Positions 19,976 through 29,538 of a stretch of DNA of 64,000 bases are shown here, one piece after another. Position 1 is the first letter of the stretch; the number at the start of each line of letters is the position of its first letter. Position numbers and translations under genes: made by a program. Origin of the DNA: a phage; NCBI GenBank assembly GCA_020241865.1, contig GCA_020241865.1_4709.1. One strand, written 5' to 3'. The notes under the pieces were generated by a model. That model was not told the origin of the DNA and did no database searches. It saw nothing but the letters and a program-made list of their open reading frames with translations.

Positions 19976-20461
19976 TTATGCGCGTTCGTTACCAACCGTT
20001 ACTTTGTAGTCAGCGTCGGTTAAGAAAATAGACAGGAATCCATGTTCTTTGCAAATCTTACTAAGGATGTCAGCAATGATTTCGTTGATCATCGGCTTGT
20101 TTGCAAGGGCATAGATGTACCCGGGTGTAAAAGAAAGTGCGTGATTGATCATAGGCTCATGAGAAGCCAAGATAAGGATCACGTGATGCTTCCCATCGTC
20201 GGTAACGACCGCTTGCGTAGACACGAAGAAATCAGTGAAGCAGCAGCGATCACAGGCTTTAGGTATATACAAGTCACCCAGAGCTTCGTCACGTGCTTTT
20301 ACGTGTGTTTCAGGGGTGATGCTGCTAAGTTGATCTTCAGCGAGATCCAAGACATCCTCAATCGTTTTAAGAATAGCGTTGCGGAAATCCTCACGGTAGA
20401 ATGGGATGATATCACGATCGTTCATGTAATCGCCGGATTCGATAGTAAAGTTGATGTTCAT
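19976..20461 (-). CDS. small hypothetical protein (161 aa)
   Basis: ORF in small-gene array; good RBS. Confidence 0.65.
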   Translation of the reverse strand: MNINFTIESGDYMNDRDIIPFYREDFRNAILKTIEDVLDLAEDQLSSITPETHVKARDEALGDLYIPKACDRCCFTDFFVSTQAVVTDDGKHHVILILASHEPMINHALSFTPGYIYALANKPMINEIIADILSKICKEHGFLSIFLTDADYKVTVGNERA

Positions 20462-20531
20462 TGAATGCTCCTAGTGGTTATGTCGATTGATCGATGTATT
20501 GATTTATGTTTGAAGGTGTTGTTCACCTTCG

Positions 20532-20996
20532 TTAGATATCGTCATCCGTGGTGCCGTAGGACATATGCTGAATTAATTTTCTCGGCTCGATGAAAATACG
20601 ACATGTGATAAACACATCGGGATCGTATTGCTCCACGCAACGTCCGAAGGTTTGTTTTGCGGCTTGGCGCATCGATGTTATTTCCTGATCGTTCATCGCA
20701 TTATCGAATTCGATGTTGATCGCGATTTTATCGGGAAATAAATAGATAAAGTAATCGCCGCTGATACCACCATCATCAAAGTGACGTTCATTGTAGCACT
20801 GGACGAGCTTACCTTCACGTTCTTTCTGATACCACCCAAGGATACTATTAAGACCTCTGTCCACGCATTCGAATGCTTGAGTAATAACATCCTCAACGAC
20901 GGATGCAGGCGTGGGACCATTGAATAGACGATCTAAGCGCTTTTTCATCGATTTGGTTTTCTCGTTCATGATTTCTTTTCCTGTTATAATCGGCAT
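20532..20996 (-). CDS. small hypothetical protein (154 aa)
   Basis: ORF; ATG 20996; RBS lies inside upstream GC hairpin. Confidence 0.65.
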   Translation of the reverse strand: MPIITGKEIMNEKTKSMKKRLDRLFNGPTPASVVEDVITQAFECVDRGLNSILGWYQKEREGKLVQCYNERHFDDGGISGDYFIYLFPDKIAINIEFDNAMNDQEITSMRQAAKQTFGRCVEQYDPDVFITCRIFIEPRKLIQHMSYGTTDDDI

Positions 20997-21036
20997 ACAA
21001 CCCTTCCCCGGCCTGATGGCTAGGGAAGGGGCTATG
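20994..21036 (-). terminator. GC-rich palindromic hairpin (family member) whose arm contains the RBS of gene 20532..20996
   Basis: CATACAACCCTTCCCCGGCC-TGAT-GGCTAGGGAAGGGGCTATG. Confidence 0.5.
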
Positions 21037-21044
21037 CTACGTTG

Positions 21045-21443
21045 TTATGCTTCGCAATCAGCTGAAGGCGTCGCGCCTTTCTTACCAGCGATACGCCAAA
21101 TCCGACACGCTGGGTAATGGTTAACCTCTAGAGAGCAAGGAATGTTATATTTCTCTTCCAGCGCATAAAGACATTTCGTTAGCTGCTCCAGCGCGTTCTC
21201 GTCGTGTCGTAACGCGTGGTGGCCTAATCGATGTTGGTCGTTCTTTATATACGCCTCGAAGAGAACATGTTGGCGATGTACGCTGACGTTTACAGCCTCG
21301 AGTATAGCTTGGTCGAGCATACGACTAAAGCACATCAACGAGTCAGATACGTTTTCTCGCTTAACCAGATCGATCATGGCGGGAATATACGAATGGTCGA
21401 TGTTATCGATGACCGCTTTAGCGACGGAATCAGCAACGTTCAT
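21045..21443 (-). CDS. small hypothetical protein (132 aa), tandem paralog of 21481..21876
   Basis: shared blocks AKAVIDNIDH and EEKYNIPxSLEVN with neighbouring gene. Confidence 0.75.
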   Translation of the reverse strand: MNVADSVAKAVIDNIDHSYIPAMIDLVKRENVSDSLMCFSRMLDQAILEAVNVSVHRQHVLFEAYIKNDQHRLGHHALRHDENALEQLTKCLYALEEKYNIPCSLEVNHYPACRIWRIAGKKGATPSADCEA

Positions 21444-21480
21444 CTTTTTTAATCCCTAGTTTGTTATTGATCACGTATAT

Positions 21481-21876
21481 TTACTCTTTGACGTCAGTTG
21501 TCGTTTCGACATGCTTCTCACTACTGACGTACCAGAGCAGGTACGCTGGGAAAAGATTGACCTCTAAGCTAAATGGGATATTGTATTTCTCTTCCATTTT
21601 ACAGAGATGTTCTTTAAGTAAATTTCTCGCGTCTCTGTCACCACGAACAGAGTGCCAGTCTAGTTCTTTGTTCTCCTTTACCAGGACCTCTACGATGATA
21701 CGTTGCTCGTGAACCTCGGTTTTCACAGTGAAAAGTAAATCGCTGCTATCCAAACGGGTAAAACGAATGTATGAACCAGGTGTTTTTTCTTGTTTAATAA
21801 TATCGATCATGGTAGAAATGCGCGGATGATCGATGTTGTCGTTAACAGCTTTAACGATGGATTCTACAATGCTCAT
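21481..21876 (-). CDS. small hypothetical protein (131 aa), tandem paralog of 21045..21443
   Basis: shared blocks with neighbouring gene. Confidence 0.75.
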   Translation of the reverse strand: MSIVESIVKAVNDNIDHPRISTMIDIIKQEKTPGSYIRFTRLDSSDLLFTVKTEVHEQRIIVEVLVKENKELDWHSVRGDRDARNLLKEHLCKMEEKYNIPFSLEVNLFPAYLLWYVSSEKHVETTTDVKE

Positions 21877-21908
21877 TTTTTATCCTTAATGTTATCGATT
21901 TGGAAATA

Positions 21909-22676
21909 TTACTTATTTTTGCTTTCTTTATAGACAGTTGTTACCCACGATGGGAAAGCCGGATGGAAACAGAGCGTGAACGTAACTGTCGTATCGTATT
22001 TAAACGCACAGTTCACTAACCGGGTATCTAACGTTTTCCTTAATCCGTCATCATCGTTATCGATGATGGTCATATCTCTTAATATCCCAAGCACGTTAAC
22101 GCCATCGGGTGTCTGGGTTACGACAAGTCGTCGTAATGGCCCGCATGTATAGTCACGTACAAATCCTTTCTTCGGGTCCGATACCCTGTTTAACGCATCG
22201 TGATTTTTGATGAATTCATCGGCGATACAATAGGTTTGCTCCCTTGCTTTATCGGGATCGTATTCTGCTAATAGTTCCTTCGTGTCGAATGTTATCGCGT
22301 TATTAGCATTCGATTCAGAAGGGAAACATAAAACTAAACGAACAGGGTATTCATATTGATCTGTTCTCGTTTCGAAAGCATTAGCTAAACACGGCTTGTA
22401 TGCCTTTGCGTCGACATTGTCCAAACACGGATGCAATAATGCGTGAATAACGGCACCATCGTCAGTTAAACCGAATTCCAGAAATTGTGTTTCATCGACA
22501 TCCGTGACGGTTTTCTGAAGATACGCTTTACCGTTAACGATATCGGTATCCCACATATCGTCGTTTAACGATTCTTCAAACTTATCGAATATATGGTTTA
22601 CGAAATTGATGAGTTCATCAATACGACACTGTTGGTTGAATTCGATTAATCGTTGAACTTTATCTCTGATAGACAT
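21909..22676 (-). CDS. hypothetical protein (255 aa)
   Basis: ORF in small-gene array. Confidence 0.7.
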   Translation of the reverse strand: MSIRDKVQRLIEFNQQCRIDELINFVNHIFDKFEESLNDDMWDTDIVNGKAYLQKTVTDVDETQFLEFGLTDDGAVIHALLHPCLDNVDAKAYKPCLANAFETRTDQYEYPVRLVLCFPSESNANNAITFDTKELLAEYDPDKAREQTYCIADEFIKNHDALNRVSDPKKGFVRDYTCGPLRRLVVTQTPDGVNVLGILRDMTIIDNDDDGLRKTLDTRLVNCAFKYDTTVTFTLCFHPAFPSWVTTVYKESKNK

Positions 22677-22678
22677 GA

Positions 22679-23143
22679 TTACTCCTTAGTTCCTTCTTCG
22701 TTGGACGTATATTCCACATAGTGGAATTCACGGCCGTCGATAAACTTGAGTGCTACTGTAATAGGGAAATCACACGGCATAGCGGATTTCGTAAATGCGT
22801 TATCAGCAACATCAGATAACCGACGTATGGTATTCTCCCCTTTTGCTATGAATGGGAATTTAATGTTAATAAGGATACGGTGTTTGTAAATAGTAAAGAC
22901 GACAGTGCTGTCGAAATGTACCCCAGTTAAAGTCATTGTTGGGATACGTTTTACAACGGAGAAATGTGTCCCGTCAATATCGCTACTTCCCACTGACCAT
23001 TCATCGGAATTGCGTAGACTTTTCTTGAGGATATCAACGCTTTGCGTGACCACCTCAGCAACTTGTACGACGTACGTGTCTTTATGCATGTCGAAAAGTT
23101 CGTTGACGTTAGATTTGAATGAATAAACCGTTGCCATTATCAT
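22679..23143 (-). CDS. small hypothetical protein (154 aa)
   Basis: ORF; acidic C-terminus resembles neighbours. Confidence 0.65.
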   Translation of the reverse strand: MIMATVYSFKSNVNELFDMHKDTYVVQVAEVVTQSVDILKKSLRNSDEWSVGSSDIDGTHFSVVKRIPTMTLTGVHFDSTVVFTIYKHRILINIKFPFIAKGENTIRRLSDVADNAFTKSAMPCDFPITVALKFIDGREFHYVEYTSNEEGTKE

Positions 23144-23598
23144 ACCTCTTTTTTCATCTTCATCGGAACAGCGAGTGCTGCACTCGCTGTTCCATTATCC
23201 GGCTCATATTCCAATGTAACGAGATTGCAGCCGTCCGATAATTCATAATCGATCGCTAGGGGGAACGAGATACCGTGCGACTTTATGCATTTACCAAATG
23301 TCTCGTTGGCTGTATACATTAGAAGTTGCTTTGCGGCAAGCCCGTTTACGCTGAAAGGTAATTGTGCTGTCGCAGCGATACGATTATTGTAAACTCTGAT
23401 ATCGGTGATATCTACAATCGTAGCATTGCCGTGTTGTGTTGATGGAACGGATAGGTTGTAGAAGTAAGGTTCGGAGTCGGAATCGGGCTCGTTAAATAAT
23501 TCCCAGCACCCGTCCTCCTGCAATCTTACTTCGAGTATTTCAAAGCTTTTAATTATCGATTCTACCAGCTGCTCACCGTAAGAATCCCATGTCGTCAT
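23140..23598 (-). CDS. small hypothetical protein (152 aa)
   Basis: ORF; ATGA overlap with downstream gene. Confidence 0.65.
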   Translation of the reverse strand: MTTWDSYGEQLVESIIKSFEILEVRLQEDGCWELFNEPDSDSEPYFYNLSVPSTQHGNATIVDITDIRVYNNRIAATAQLPFSVNGLAAKQLLMYTANETFGKCIKSHGISFPLAIDYELSDGCNLVTLEYEPDNGTASAALAVPMKMKKEV

Positions 23599-23669
23599 TT
23601 TTTAACACCTTCGACACCTTTTAACCGATACGTGTCCCATCTAACAAGGGACACGATATCGTTGATTAA

Positions 23670-24164
23670 TTACTCTTCTGTGTTTTCATTGTCAGGATCG
23701 TAGTGGAATTCGAACAGCCCTGAACCGTCGTGTCCGTTGATTGTTAGTATAACGGGCATATCGAATCCTCGGACACGCGAATGAAAACATTGTGCTAATT
23801 TTAGTTTGGCGTATGCCGCTACTTCATTGACAGCAATACACGATTCACCTGTTATACTCAGTATAACGTCGATACTAACAATGTTGTCGTGCAACGCAAA
23901 ACGCCAGCGATCGATACGATTATTATCTTTATCGGTTGTCTCGTTTACGAGATAGACTTTATCGTCAACCGACAAAGCGGGACTCCAGCAACGATCGTTT
24001 ATTAAATTCGCCTGGAGTTTTAGTATCGTCTGATCGATAATATCCCAACACGTAACCAGCGTGGTGTCAGGCACTGAGTAGAGAAGGGCGTGCACTTTAT
24101 CCTTTATTTTAAGTGCTTCCGCAGGACGTCCGCAAATACCATGCATTTCGACTTTCTTATTCAT
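23670..24164 (-). CDS. small hypothetical protein (~164 aa)
   Basis: ORF 23670..24170 (GTG start in track); first ATG at 24164. Confidence 0.6.
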   Translation of the reverse strand: MNKKVEMHGICGRPAEALKIKDKVHALLYSVPDTTLVTCWDIIDQTILKLQANLINDRCWSPALSVDDKVYLVNETTDKDNNRIDRWRFALHDNIVSIDVILSITGESCIAVNEVAAYAKLKLAQCFHSRVRGFDMPVILTINGHDGSGLFEFHYDPDNENTEE

Positions 24165-24208
24165 ATTCACTTCTTTCTTAATCTAAATGTTAGTTGGGGG
24201 TGGGATGC

Positions 24209-24811
24209 TTACATGCTTTCTAGCATATTGACGATCATGGAACCCATACCGAAACTCGGTCTCTCACCGATATACTCAGCAAGCTGGCGATGGACGTCTT
24301 TTGGATTTCCTTCTTCACCGTCAGCATCGATGTAGACTGAAAAAGAAACCGAATCGGAATCCACGCTGATAACCAGACGACGTTCATTGCGTTCCTTGAG
24401 CGTGTCGACGATAGATGCTTTCAGTACCGGGATCGCATTCATCGCGTGCAAGATATCTCCATCGGGTTTCGGCAGATCGATCTTTTCTTTCAGGTCGATA
24501 TTGATGTTGGTTACAATTGGGTTGAGGTCGACCTTGACGTAATCGTTAGGGTACATGCGAATAATCGCACGATCGATATCTGAACCGTAAAAGTCAACAC
24601 GTGGCTTTAACACTTCTTTGTTTGGATCCATGTTTTCATCCATACCCGCCTGCAAGAAACGTTCTACGTTATCCAGTTCACGATAAACTAACGCTTCGAT
24701 TTCTTTCAGATAGTTGGCTGCGGTTTCATGTTCTTTACGCAGCTCGTCTTTAAGGAGCTGTACGGTGGTTTCACTGGAACGAATGCTGTTCGCGAATTGG
24801 GTAATTGACAT
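24209..24811 (-). CDS. hypothetical protein (~200 aa)
   Basis: ORF 24209..24841 (TTG in track); internal ATG 24811 with AAGGA RBS. Confidence 0.65.
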   Translation of the reverse strand: MSITQFANSIRSSETTVQLLKDELRKEHETAANYLKEIEALVYRELDNVERFLQAGMDENMDPNKEVLKPRVDFYGSDIDRAIIRMYPNDYVKVDLNPIVTNINIDLKEKIDLPKPDGDILHAMNAIPVLKASIVDTLKERNERRLVISVDSDSVSFSVYIDADGEEGNPKDVHRQLAEYIGERPSFGMGSMIVNMLESM

Positions 24812-24859
24812 ATCGAATTCCTTAAATTCTCTTGAGTTCAATTAATGATGAAAAGCTGT

Positions 24860-24887
24860 AAAAAAAAAAGGTGGGGCGAACCCCACC
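24860..24887 (-). terminator. rho-independent terminator (hairpin followed by U10 on minus strand)
   Basis: plus strand A10 then GGTGGGG-CGAA-CCCCACC; on minus strand stem-loop followed by T10. Confidence 0.65.
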
Positions 24888-24912
24888 AAAACGTCAGACA
24901 CACGCGGGAAAA

Positions 24913-25338
24913 TTAATTCAGTGATGCATATAAGGCATAACGACTGTAGATCTCAACCGCCGGTCCGTTATGCGTTAACAGACCGTCTCGGCTGTAATAC
25001 TGGAAAAATGAATAACGTTTGTCGAAGTGATAAACAAAAGCAATGTCTTTGCCGTCAAAACCTGTGATGCGTGGTCTGTTTTTATCTAGCAATGCTTTGA
25101 CTTTTAACAGTGTTGCCGCACGTGCTTTAACGTTAGGGATCAAGCCATCACAATCGATATAAACAGTGTAACCTGTTTCAGATGTTGCGACGGTCGTATT
25201 GCGATTGACGCGGAAGATTTTTGTTTCGTATGTACTATCTTCAAGAATTGGGTTTTGTTTTTCGTATTTTCGTTTACGCAGAAATTCTACAACGGTGATA
25301 TAGTTAGCGGTAATATGCCCGGTTATAGCTTGTAACAT
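24913..25338 (-). CDS. small hypothetical protein (141 aa) behind conserved promoter/leader cassette
   Basis: ORF flanked by conserved upstream cassette (25335-25444) and downstream hairpin plus T10 terminator. Confidence 0.7.
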   Translation of the reverse strand: MLQAITGHITANYITVVEFLRKRKYEKQNPILEDSTYETKIFRVNRNTTVATSETGYTVYIDCDGLIPNVKARAATLLKVKALLDKNRPRITGFDGKDIAFVYHFDKRYSFFQYYSRDGLLTHNGPAVEIYSRYALYASLN

Positions 25339-25444
25339 CTTGACATCCTTTTATATTGGATTGGTTGCAATTGTCTTAAATAGATGATAAGATATTTTGC
25401 TCTTATCACTAAGGTAATGTAGTCGCGAAATAAACTGCGTTAAC
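25335..25444 (-). promoter_or_regulatory. conserved promoter/leader/RBS cassette, copy A (upstream of 24913..25338)
   Basis: 29-nt identity (ACATCTTGACATCCTTTTATATTGGATTG) plus ~37-nt block at ~70% identity shared with 53506..53612; leader hairpin GATAAGA...TCTTATC between blocks. Confidence 0.55.
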
Positions 25445-25460
25445 ACGAAATAAAAAACAG

Positions 25461-25510
25461 CATAGAACCCTCCTCCCACATCCTTCAAGAGGACGGTGGG
25501 AAGAGGGAGA
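25461..25510 (-). terminator. GC-rich palindromic hairpin (family member)
   Basis: CATAGAACCCTCCTCCCAC...GTGGGAAGAGGGAGAG downstream of 25513..25914. Confidence 0.5.
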
Positions 25511-25512
25511 GA

Positions 25513-25914
25513 TTAAATGTCGTGGACGGCAATGCCGTTTAACCAGCAATACAGCTTAACGCGACAGGAATACCGCTTCGTTGCGGCAACCATTTCATCG
25601 CGTAAACGCTGGTATATTTCATCCTGGTGTTCACGATCAATGGGGTAATCAGCCCAACATTCGATCATGACGTCACCATTCGTCAGAATCGTCGTACGCA
25701 TCCTGTCCTGGATACGGCGGTCTTTCCCGGCATTAGGGAAATACATTCCTTCAGTACGAATAAGGTCGCCGCAAGGCATGACTAACCATTCGTTCGTTTT
25801 GCCGGTATTCTTATAATCCATTACAGCTTGCATTGCGGTGTCAACGCTAAAAGAAACATAATTCCAAACGGATGTCCAACGATAGATTGCGGGTTGTTCG
25901 AGTGTTTCGTTCAT
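25513..25914 (-). CDS. small hypothetical protein (133 aa)
   Basis: ORF with AGGA RBS; Trp-rich. Confidence 0.65.
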   Translation of the reverse strand: MNETLEQPAIYRWTSVWNYVSFSVDTAMQAVMDYKNTGKTNEWLVMPCGDLIRTEGMYFPNAGKDRRIQDRMRTTILTNGDVMIECWADYPIDREHQDEIYQRLRDEMVAATKRYSCRVKLYCWLNGIAVHDI

Positions 25915-25929
25915 GGAGTGCTTTTCCTA

Positions 25930-25958
25930 TTTTTATTTTCTGCACAGGATAAATTCAA
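25930..25958 (-). promoter_or_regulatory. candidate sigma70-like promoter for 25513..25914 (TTGAAT-17-TAAAAA)
   Basis: hexamers read on minus strand between hairpin 25962..26006 and the RBS; weak -10. Confidence 0.25.
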
Positions 25959-25961
25959 CGG

Positions 25962-26006
25962 CATAAAGCCCTTCCCTGCCCTTATATGGGGCGGGAAGAG
26001 TTTATG
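25962..26006 (-). terminator. GC-rich palindromic hairpin (family member), imperfect
   Basis: CATAAAGCCCTTCCCTGCCC-TTATAT-GGGGCGGGAAGAGTTTATG. Confidence 0.45.
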
Positions 26007-26128
26007 ACCGCAATGAGAATCTCTCACGACAAGCTCACGACGATTATCGCATCACCCCGCGAGTGAGGGAGATCAGGATCACCTCCTACGTCGTAACGAC
26101 AGTAATCCCGTTAACGTCGCCTTAGGCA

Positions 26129-26755
26129 TTATGCGAAGCGACGCATGTAACCTGCCAGATAGTTACGTGTATCGAAGTAAGCAATTTCAGGAATTGCGAT
26201 ATTAAGGTCGATAGCACGGATTTCAACCTGGCGACGGCTTTCATCATAGATCGCATCCATCAGACGCAGTACTGTCAGGAAAGCCATGCGGGTATGGTAG
26301 TCCAGCGGCATGTTATCGATGCCACGATACAGATAACGGTTTGCATTAAATGCTCCTTCGCTGTTATCTTTCCAGATCTTCAGAATATCAGCAAAGGCGG
26401 TGCGGAAAACCTCAGGATTATCCACATCCAGTAACGCACGGAAGGCAGACATTAAAGACCGCTGATGGCGGATCAACGACTGCGGTGTTTGCGGCATGGT
26501 CGGACCCATTTCTTCCGCATATTTCTGGAACGGGGCAACCAGGGTTGCGGCACGAGAAGCCACGATAGAAACAGCAGGCGATTCTTTCACCGCTGGTTTC
26601 GCAGGCTTTTCTTCAACAACGGTTTCCTTCTTCTCAACAGCGACCGTTTCCGGCTGTGCTACAACATCACCAACCGGAGCATCTGCAACGGTGGTTTCTA
26701 CCGCAGTAATCTCCTCGTCCATTTTTGCAGAACGTTGGTCTTTATTCTTGCTCAT
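26129..26755 (-). CDS. hypothetical protein (208 aa), acidic low-complexity N-terminus
   Basis: ORF; ATG with AAGGA RBS. Confidence 0.7.
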   Translation of the reverse strand: MSKNKDQRSAKMDEEITAVETTVADAPVGDVVAQPETVAVEKKETVVEEKPAKPAVKESPAVSIVASRAATLVAPFQKYAEEMGPTMPQTPQSLIRHQRSLMSAFRALLDVDNPEVFRTAFADILKIWKDNSEGAFNANRYLYRGIDNMPLDYHTRMAFLTVLRLMDAIYDESRRQVEIRAIDLNIAIPEIAYFDTRNYLAGYMRRFA

Positions 26756-26780
26756 GTTTATTTCCTTTCATTTAACAAGG

Positions 26781-28082
26781 TTAACTAATATAAAGTTCGG
26801 GATCGTAAGGCGCTAACGATACACTGGCGTTATGCATTGCTTTCATCATAGTGTTCATGAAAACGTTGTTTACACCGGTGATCTCTGCCCCGATCGCGTC
26901 TGGGGTTGGAGCCATCGCGTTACCGCAACAGGTAGCACAGTATTCCAGTGGGCCTGCTTTACAACGTTGAGGATCACGTAACTTGATGGTCTGTCCTTCC
27001 AAGGAAGCAAGTAATTCAGCATCAATAAGTTTAAGCGCTGCGCCGTCGATCATGTAACGGCCGACAAGCAGCTTATCTTTGATATGATCGCGGTTTACCG
27101 TGAACAGAATATGTTCGTGGGTACCACAGTCGTCCATCGTGATTTTAAGGTTCTGTGTCGCACGTTGTGATTCTTTCGCCGTCTGTCCCGCTAAAGCGGT
27201 CAGTGCGCCACGTGAGAACGAACCTGCACGTGCGCTGTTGTTGTACTCCGCCCAATGGTCGACACGCATCCCTTCAGCCAGGCTGTGTGTGATAACGTTA
27301 CGTTTACCAGGGTCAACGAAGTCGGCTTCAACCCCCATCATGATGTGCGTTTTCTTTCGAGTATTACCGAAACTCTTACCGGGGTTAATATAGAACCCTT
27401 CCGATTCATCACCCTTAAAGGATTCCTTATCCATTTTGGTCAGCGTGGCTTCGAGTTTGATCAGTTCTTCAGGCGTGAACTTACCTTCCTCTTGTAAGCG
27501 TGCTAACTCTTTATCGCGATAGGCAATAATATCATCATCGACCGTTAACGCTTTATCACTCATTGATGGAACAATTAAACGGTTGATAGCGGTTAACGCA
27601 CTAATATTGTTGGTGAATTTCTTCACTTCGCTTGCGTACAACGGACCAATTGGACGTTCGTTAGGATCGGGTATTCCCTCTTCAGGATCGTCAGCGACGC
27701 GTGGCGCAATCAGTGACTCCAGTGTACCGCTGGTCAACCGTCCTGCCTGGTATTCAATCTGAATACCGAAAGCATCATAAAGGACGTACATATTGAACAA
27801 CGCTTCACCGAAGGTTGTGGTGGTTGTATTCTTAACCGACGGTAGATCACCAGGTGCAAGCTCCAATGGCTCCCAGAAACTCAACAGGGGTTTTGTTGGC
27901 TCGGTTTCCCATTGGTGTTCTTCACCGTCGATGGTAACCGTAACGACGTTACCTTGACGACGTAATTTAGGCTGATACTTCTCAGCGCCGCCTTCCGTAA
28001 AAGCAAATGCGTCGTTAATCCATTCAAGATAACGGTAGTGCCCTTCACGCATCGCGTAAAGGAAATATTCACGAGGTGTCAT
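26781..28082 (-). CDS. hypothetical protein (433 aa), Cys cluster near C-terminus
   Basis: ORF; ATG with AAGGAG RBS; function not recognised. Confidence 0.75.
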   Translation of the reverse strand: MTPREYFLYAMREGHYRYLEWINDAFAFTEGGAEKYQPKLRRQGNVVTVTIDGEEHQWETEPTKPLLSFWEPLELAPGDLPSVKNTTTTTFGEALFNMYVLYDAFGIQIEYQAGRLTSGTLESLIAPRVADDPEEGIPDPNERPIGPLYASEVKKFTNNISALTAINRLIVPSMSDKALTVDDDIIAYRDKELARLQEEGKFTPEELIKLEATLTKMDKESFKGDESEGFYINPGKSFGNTRKKTHIMMGVEADFVDPGKRNVITHSLAEGMRVDHWAEYNNSARAGSFSRGALTALAGQTAKESQRATQNLKITMDDCGTHEHILFTVNRDHIKDKLLVGRYMIDGAALKLIDAELLASLEGQTIKLRDPQRCKAGPLEYCATCCGNAMAPTPDAIGAEITGVNNVFMNTMMKAMHNASVSLAPYDPELYIS

Positions 28083-28095
28083 GTAACAACTCCTT

Positions 28096-28968
28096 TTAAA
28101 CCCGGGTCAGGTCACCGTGACATGAAACGAACTCTGATAACGCTCGGGTTGCTTCTTTGGATTCTTCAGCCATCGGGAAGTTTGCGGTAATAAGTTCTCG
28201 TAAGACAGGGACGAGTTCATTATCTTCGAGATCGGAAGCTAAGGCGAATGCAATCAGTTCTTGGGTGTATGCATACGGTTGCTGACGTAATGCAGTAAGC
28301 TGATCCCGACACTGCGACATTAGCAGGTCCAGTGGAACCGCTATCGTACCCCCTTCATCAATATACTGGCTGAACACTGGTGGGAACGCATCGCTGATGA
28401 CACGAATACGTCGACGAATATGATCCGGAATCTGGACGTTTTCTTCATCGACGACGTTTTCGCTATCTTTCTCCAGCTTCTTGGTCAGTACCTCTTGAAT
28501 GCGTGGAAGTAAGCTTGAATGCACGAAACCGATTAATGGGGTTACGTTAACAGCATCGACACCGTAAATATAATGCGCGCATTCCGCTAGCGCTTCAGCT
28601 GCGGTGTAGTCTTCATCTTCAACGATAGCGAGTAGAAAAGCGGTATCGTCGTGTGTTTCCAGGTCTAATAACGTAGACGCTAGCGCATGAAGATATTTCA
28701 GGCTATCCAGAGTTAGCTGCCCTTCGTTAATTCGGATCCCGAAGGCAAGCAATTGTTGTTTATAAAGTTCGATACATCCGTTTGTTAAAATGATGTCTAA
28801 TTCGTTTAAATCGTATTGTTCCCCAGCACCTGACAACATCGTACTGCAGAACGTTTCCAGTTGTTCACATTTAAAATCTTGGTATAAACGATGTATGCAG
28901 TGCTGTAACAGCGTACGCCTTGTTTCAGGGATCTTACCTTCTAACAAAGCCAAGACGGAATCAATCAT
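28096..28968 (-). CDS. hypothetical protein (~290 aa)
   Basis: ORF 28096..28974 (GTG in track); ATG 28968 with GGAG RBS. Confidence 0.7.
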   Translation of the reverse strand: MIDSVLALLEGKIPETRRTLLQHCIHRLYQDFKCEQLETFCSTMLSGAGEQYDLNELDIILTNGCIELYKQQLLAFGIRINEGQLTLDSLKYLHALASTLLDLETHDDTAFLLAIVEDEDYTAAEALAECAHYIYGVDAVNVTPLIGFVHSSLLPRIQEVLTKKLEKDSENVVDEENVQIPDHIRRRIRVISDAFPPVFSQYIDEGGTIAVPLDLLMSQCRDQLTALRQQPYAYTQELIAFALASDLEDNELVPVLRELITANFPMAEESKEATRALSEFVSCHGDLTRV

Positions 28969-29064
28969 ATCCACTCCGATGCGGTAAATGTCTACTAGCT
29001 CTCATAATCTATTGAAGAAACTACCAGCTTACGCCAACTTAGATTAATCAGGAGTAACCATCCC

Positions 29065-29538
29065 ATGCCAGTTTCATCCAAACCAAGAAAAAAATCTGTA
29101 GGAAACCCTAAAGCTCAGGAAACAACAGCAATTCGTTGGGACGAGTTACGTGAACCTATCGAAAACTGCGAATTGTTATTAGGTACCCTGGGTGCAGCTA
29201 TTTACCAAGCGACGCAACCCTGTCGTTTACGATTAACCCAAAACAAACGTGATGAGTTCGTTGCGTTATCAACAAGCACGAATAAAGATCTGACCGAACT
29301 TCAAACCGAGTTGACGACGATCAAGAACTCCATCACGCCGATGTACGGTAAAGAAGTTGATGAACAAAGTATTCTGTTACAGTACAACTACGGGATGTCG
29401 TTAATGAACATCCTGGAACGCGCATCCGATATTCTGCGTCCTGACGTTGCACGCCTAAGCCAGCTGCGTGTCGAAGGGATGGAGAACCAGATCCGATTCG
29501 CTAACAGTGTTAAATCTCAAGGAGCCACCGAAGCATGA
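29065..29538 (+). CDS. hypothetical protein (157 aa)
   Basis: first gene of plus-strand unit diverging from 28975-29064; ATGA overlap with next gene. Confidence 0.7.
   Translation: MPVSSKPRKKSVGNPKAQETTAIRWDELREPIENCELLLGTLGAAIYQATQPCRLRLTQNKRDEFVALSTSTNKDLTELQTELTTIKNSITPMYGKEVDEQSILLQYNYGMSLMNILERASDILRPDVARLSQLRVEGMENQIRFANSVKSQGATEA

Noticed and set aside
26781-28082. Possible RNA polymerase subunit fragment or ribonucleotide reductase
   Set aside because: I could not find the diagnostic motifs (NADFDGD, bridge helix, glycyl radical site); left as hypothetical.
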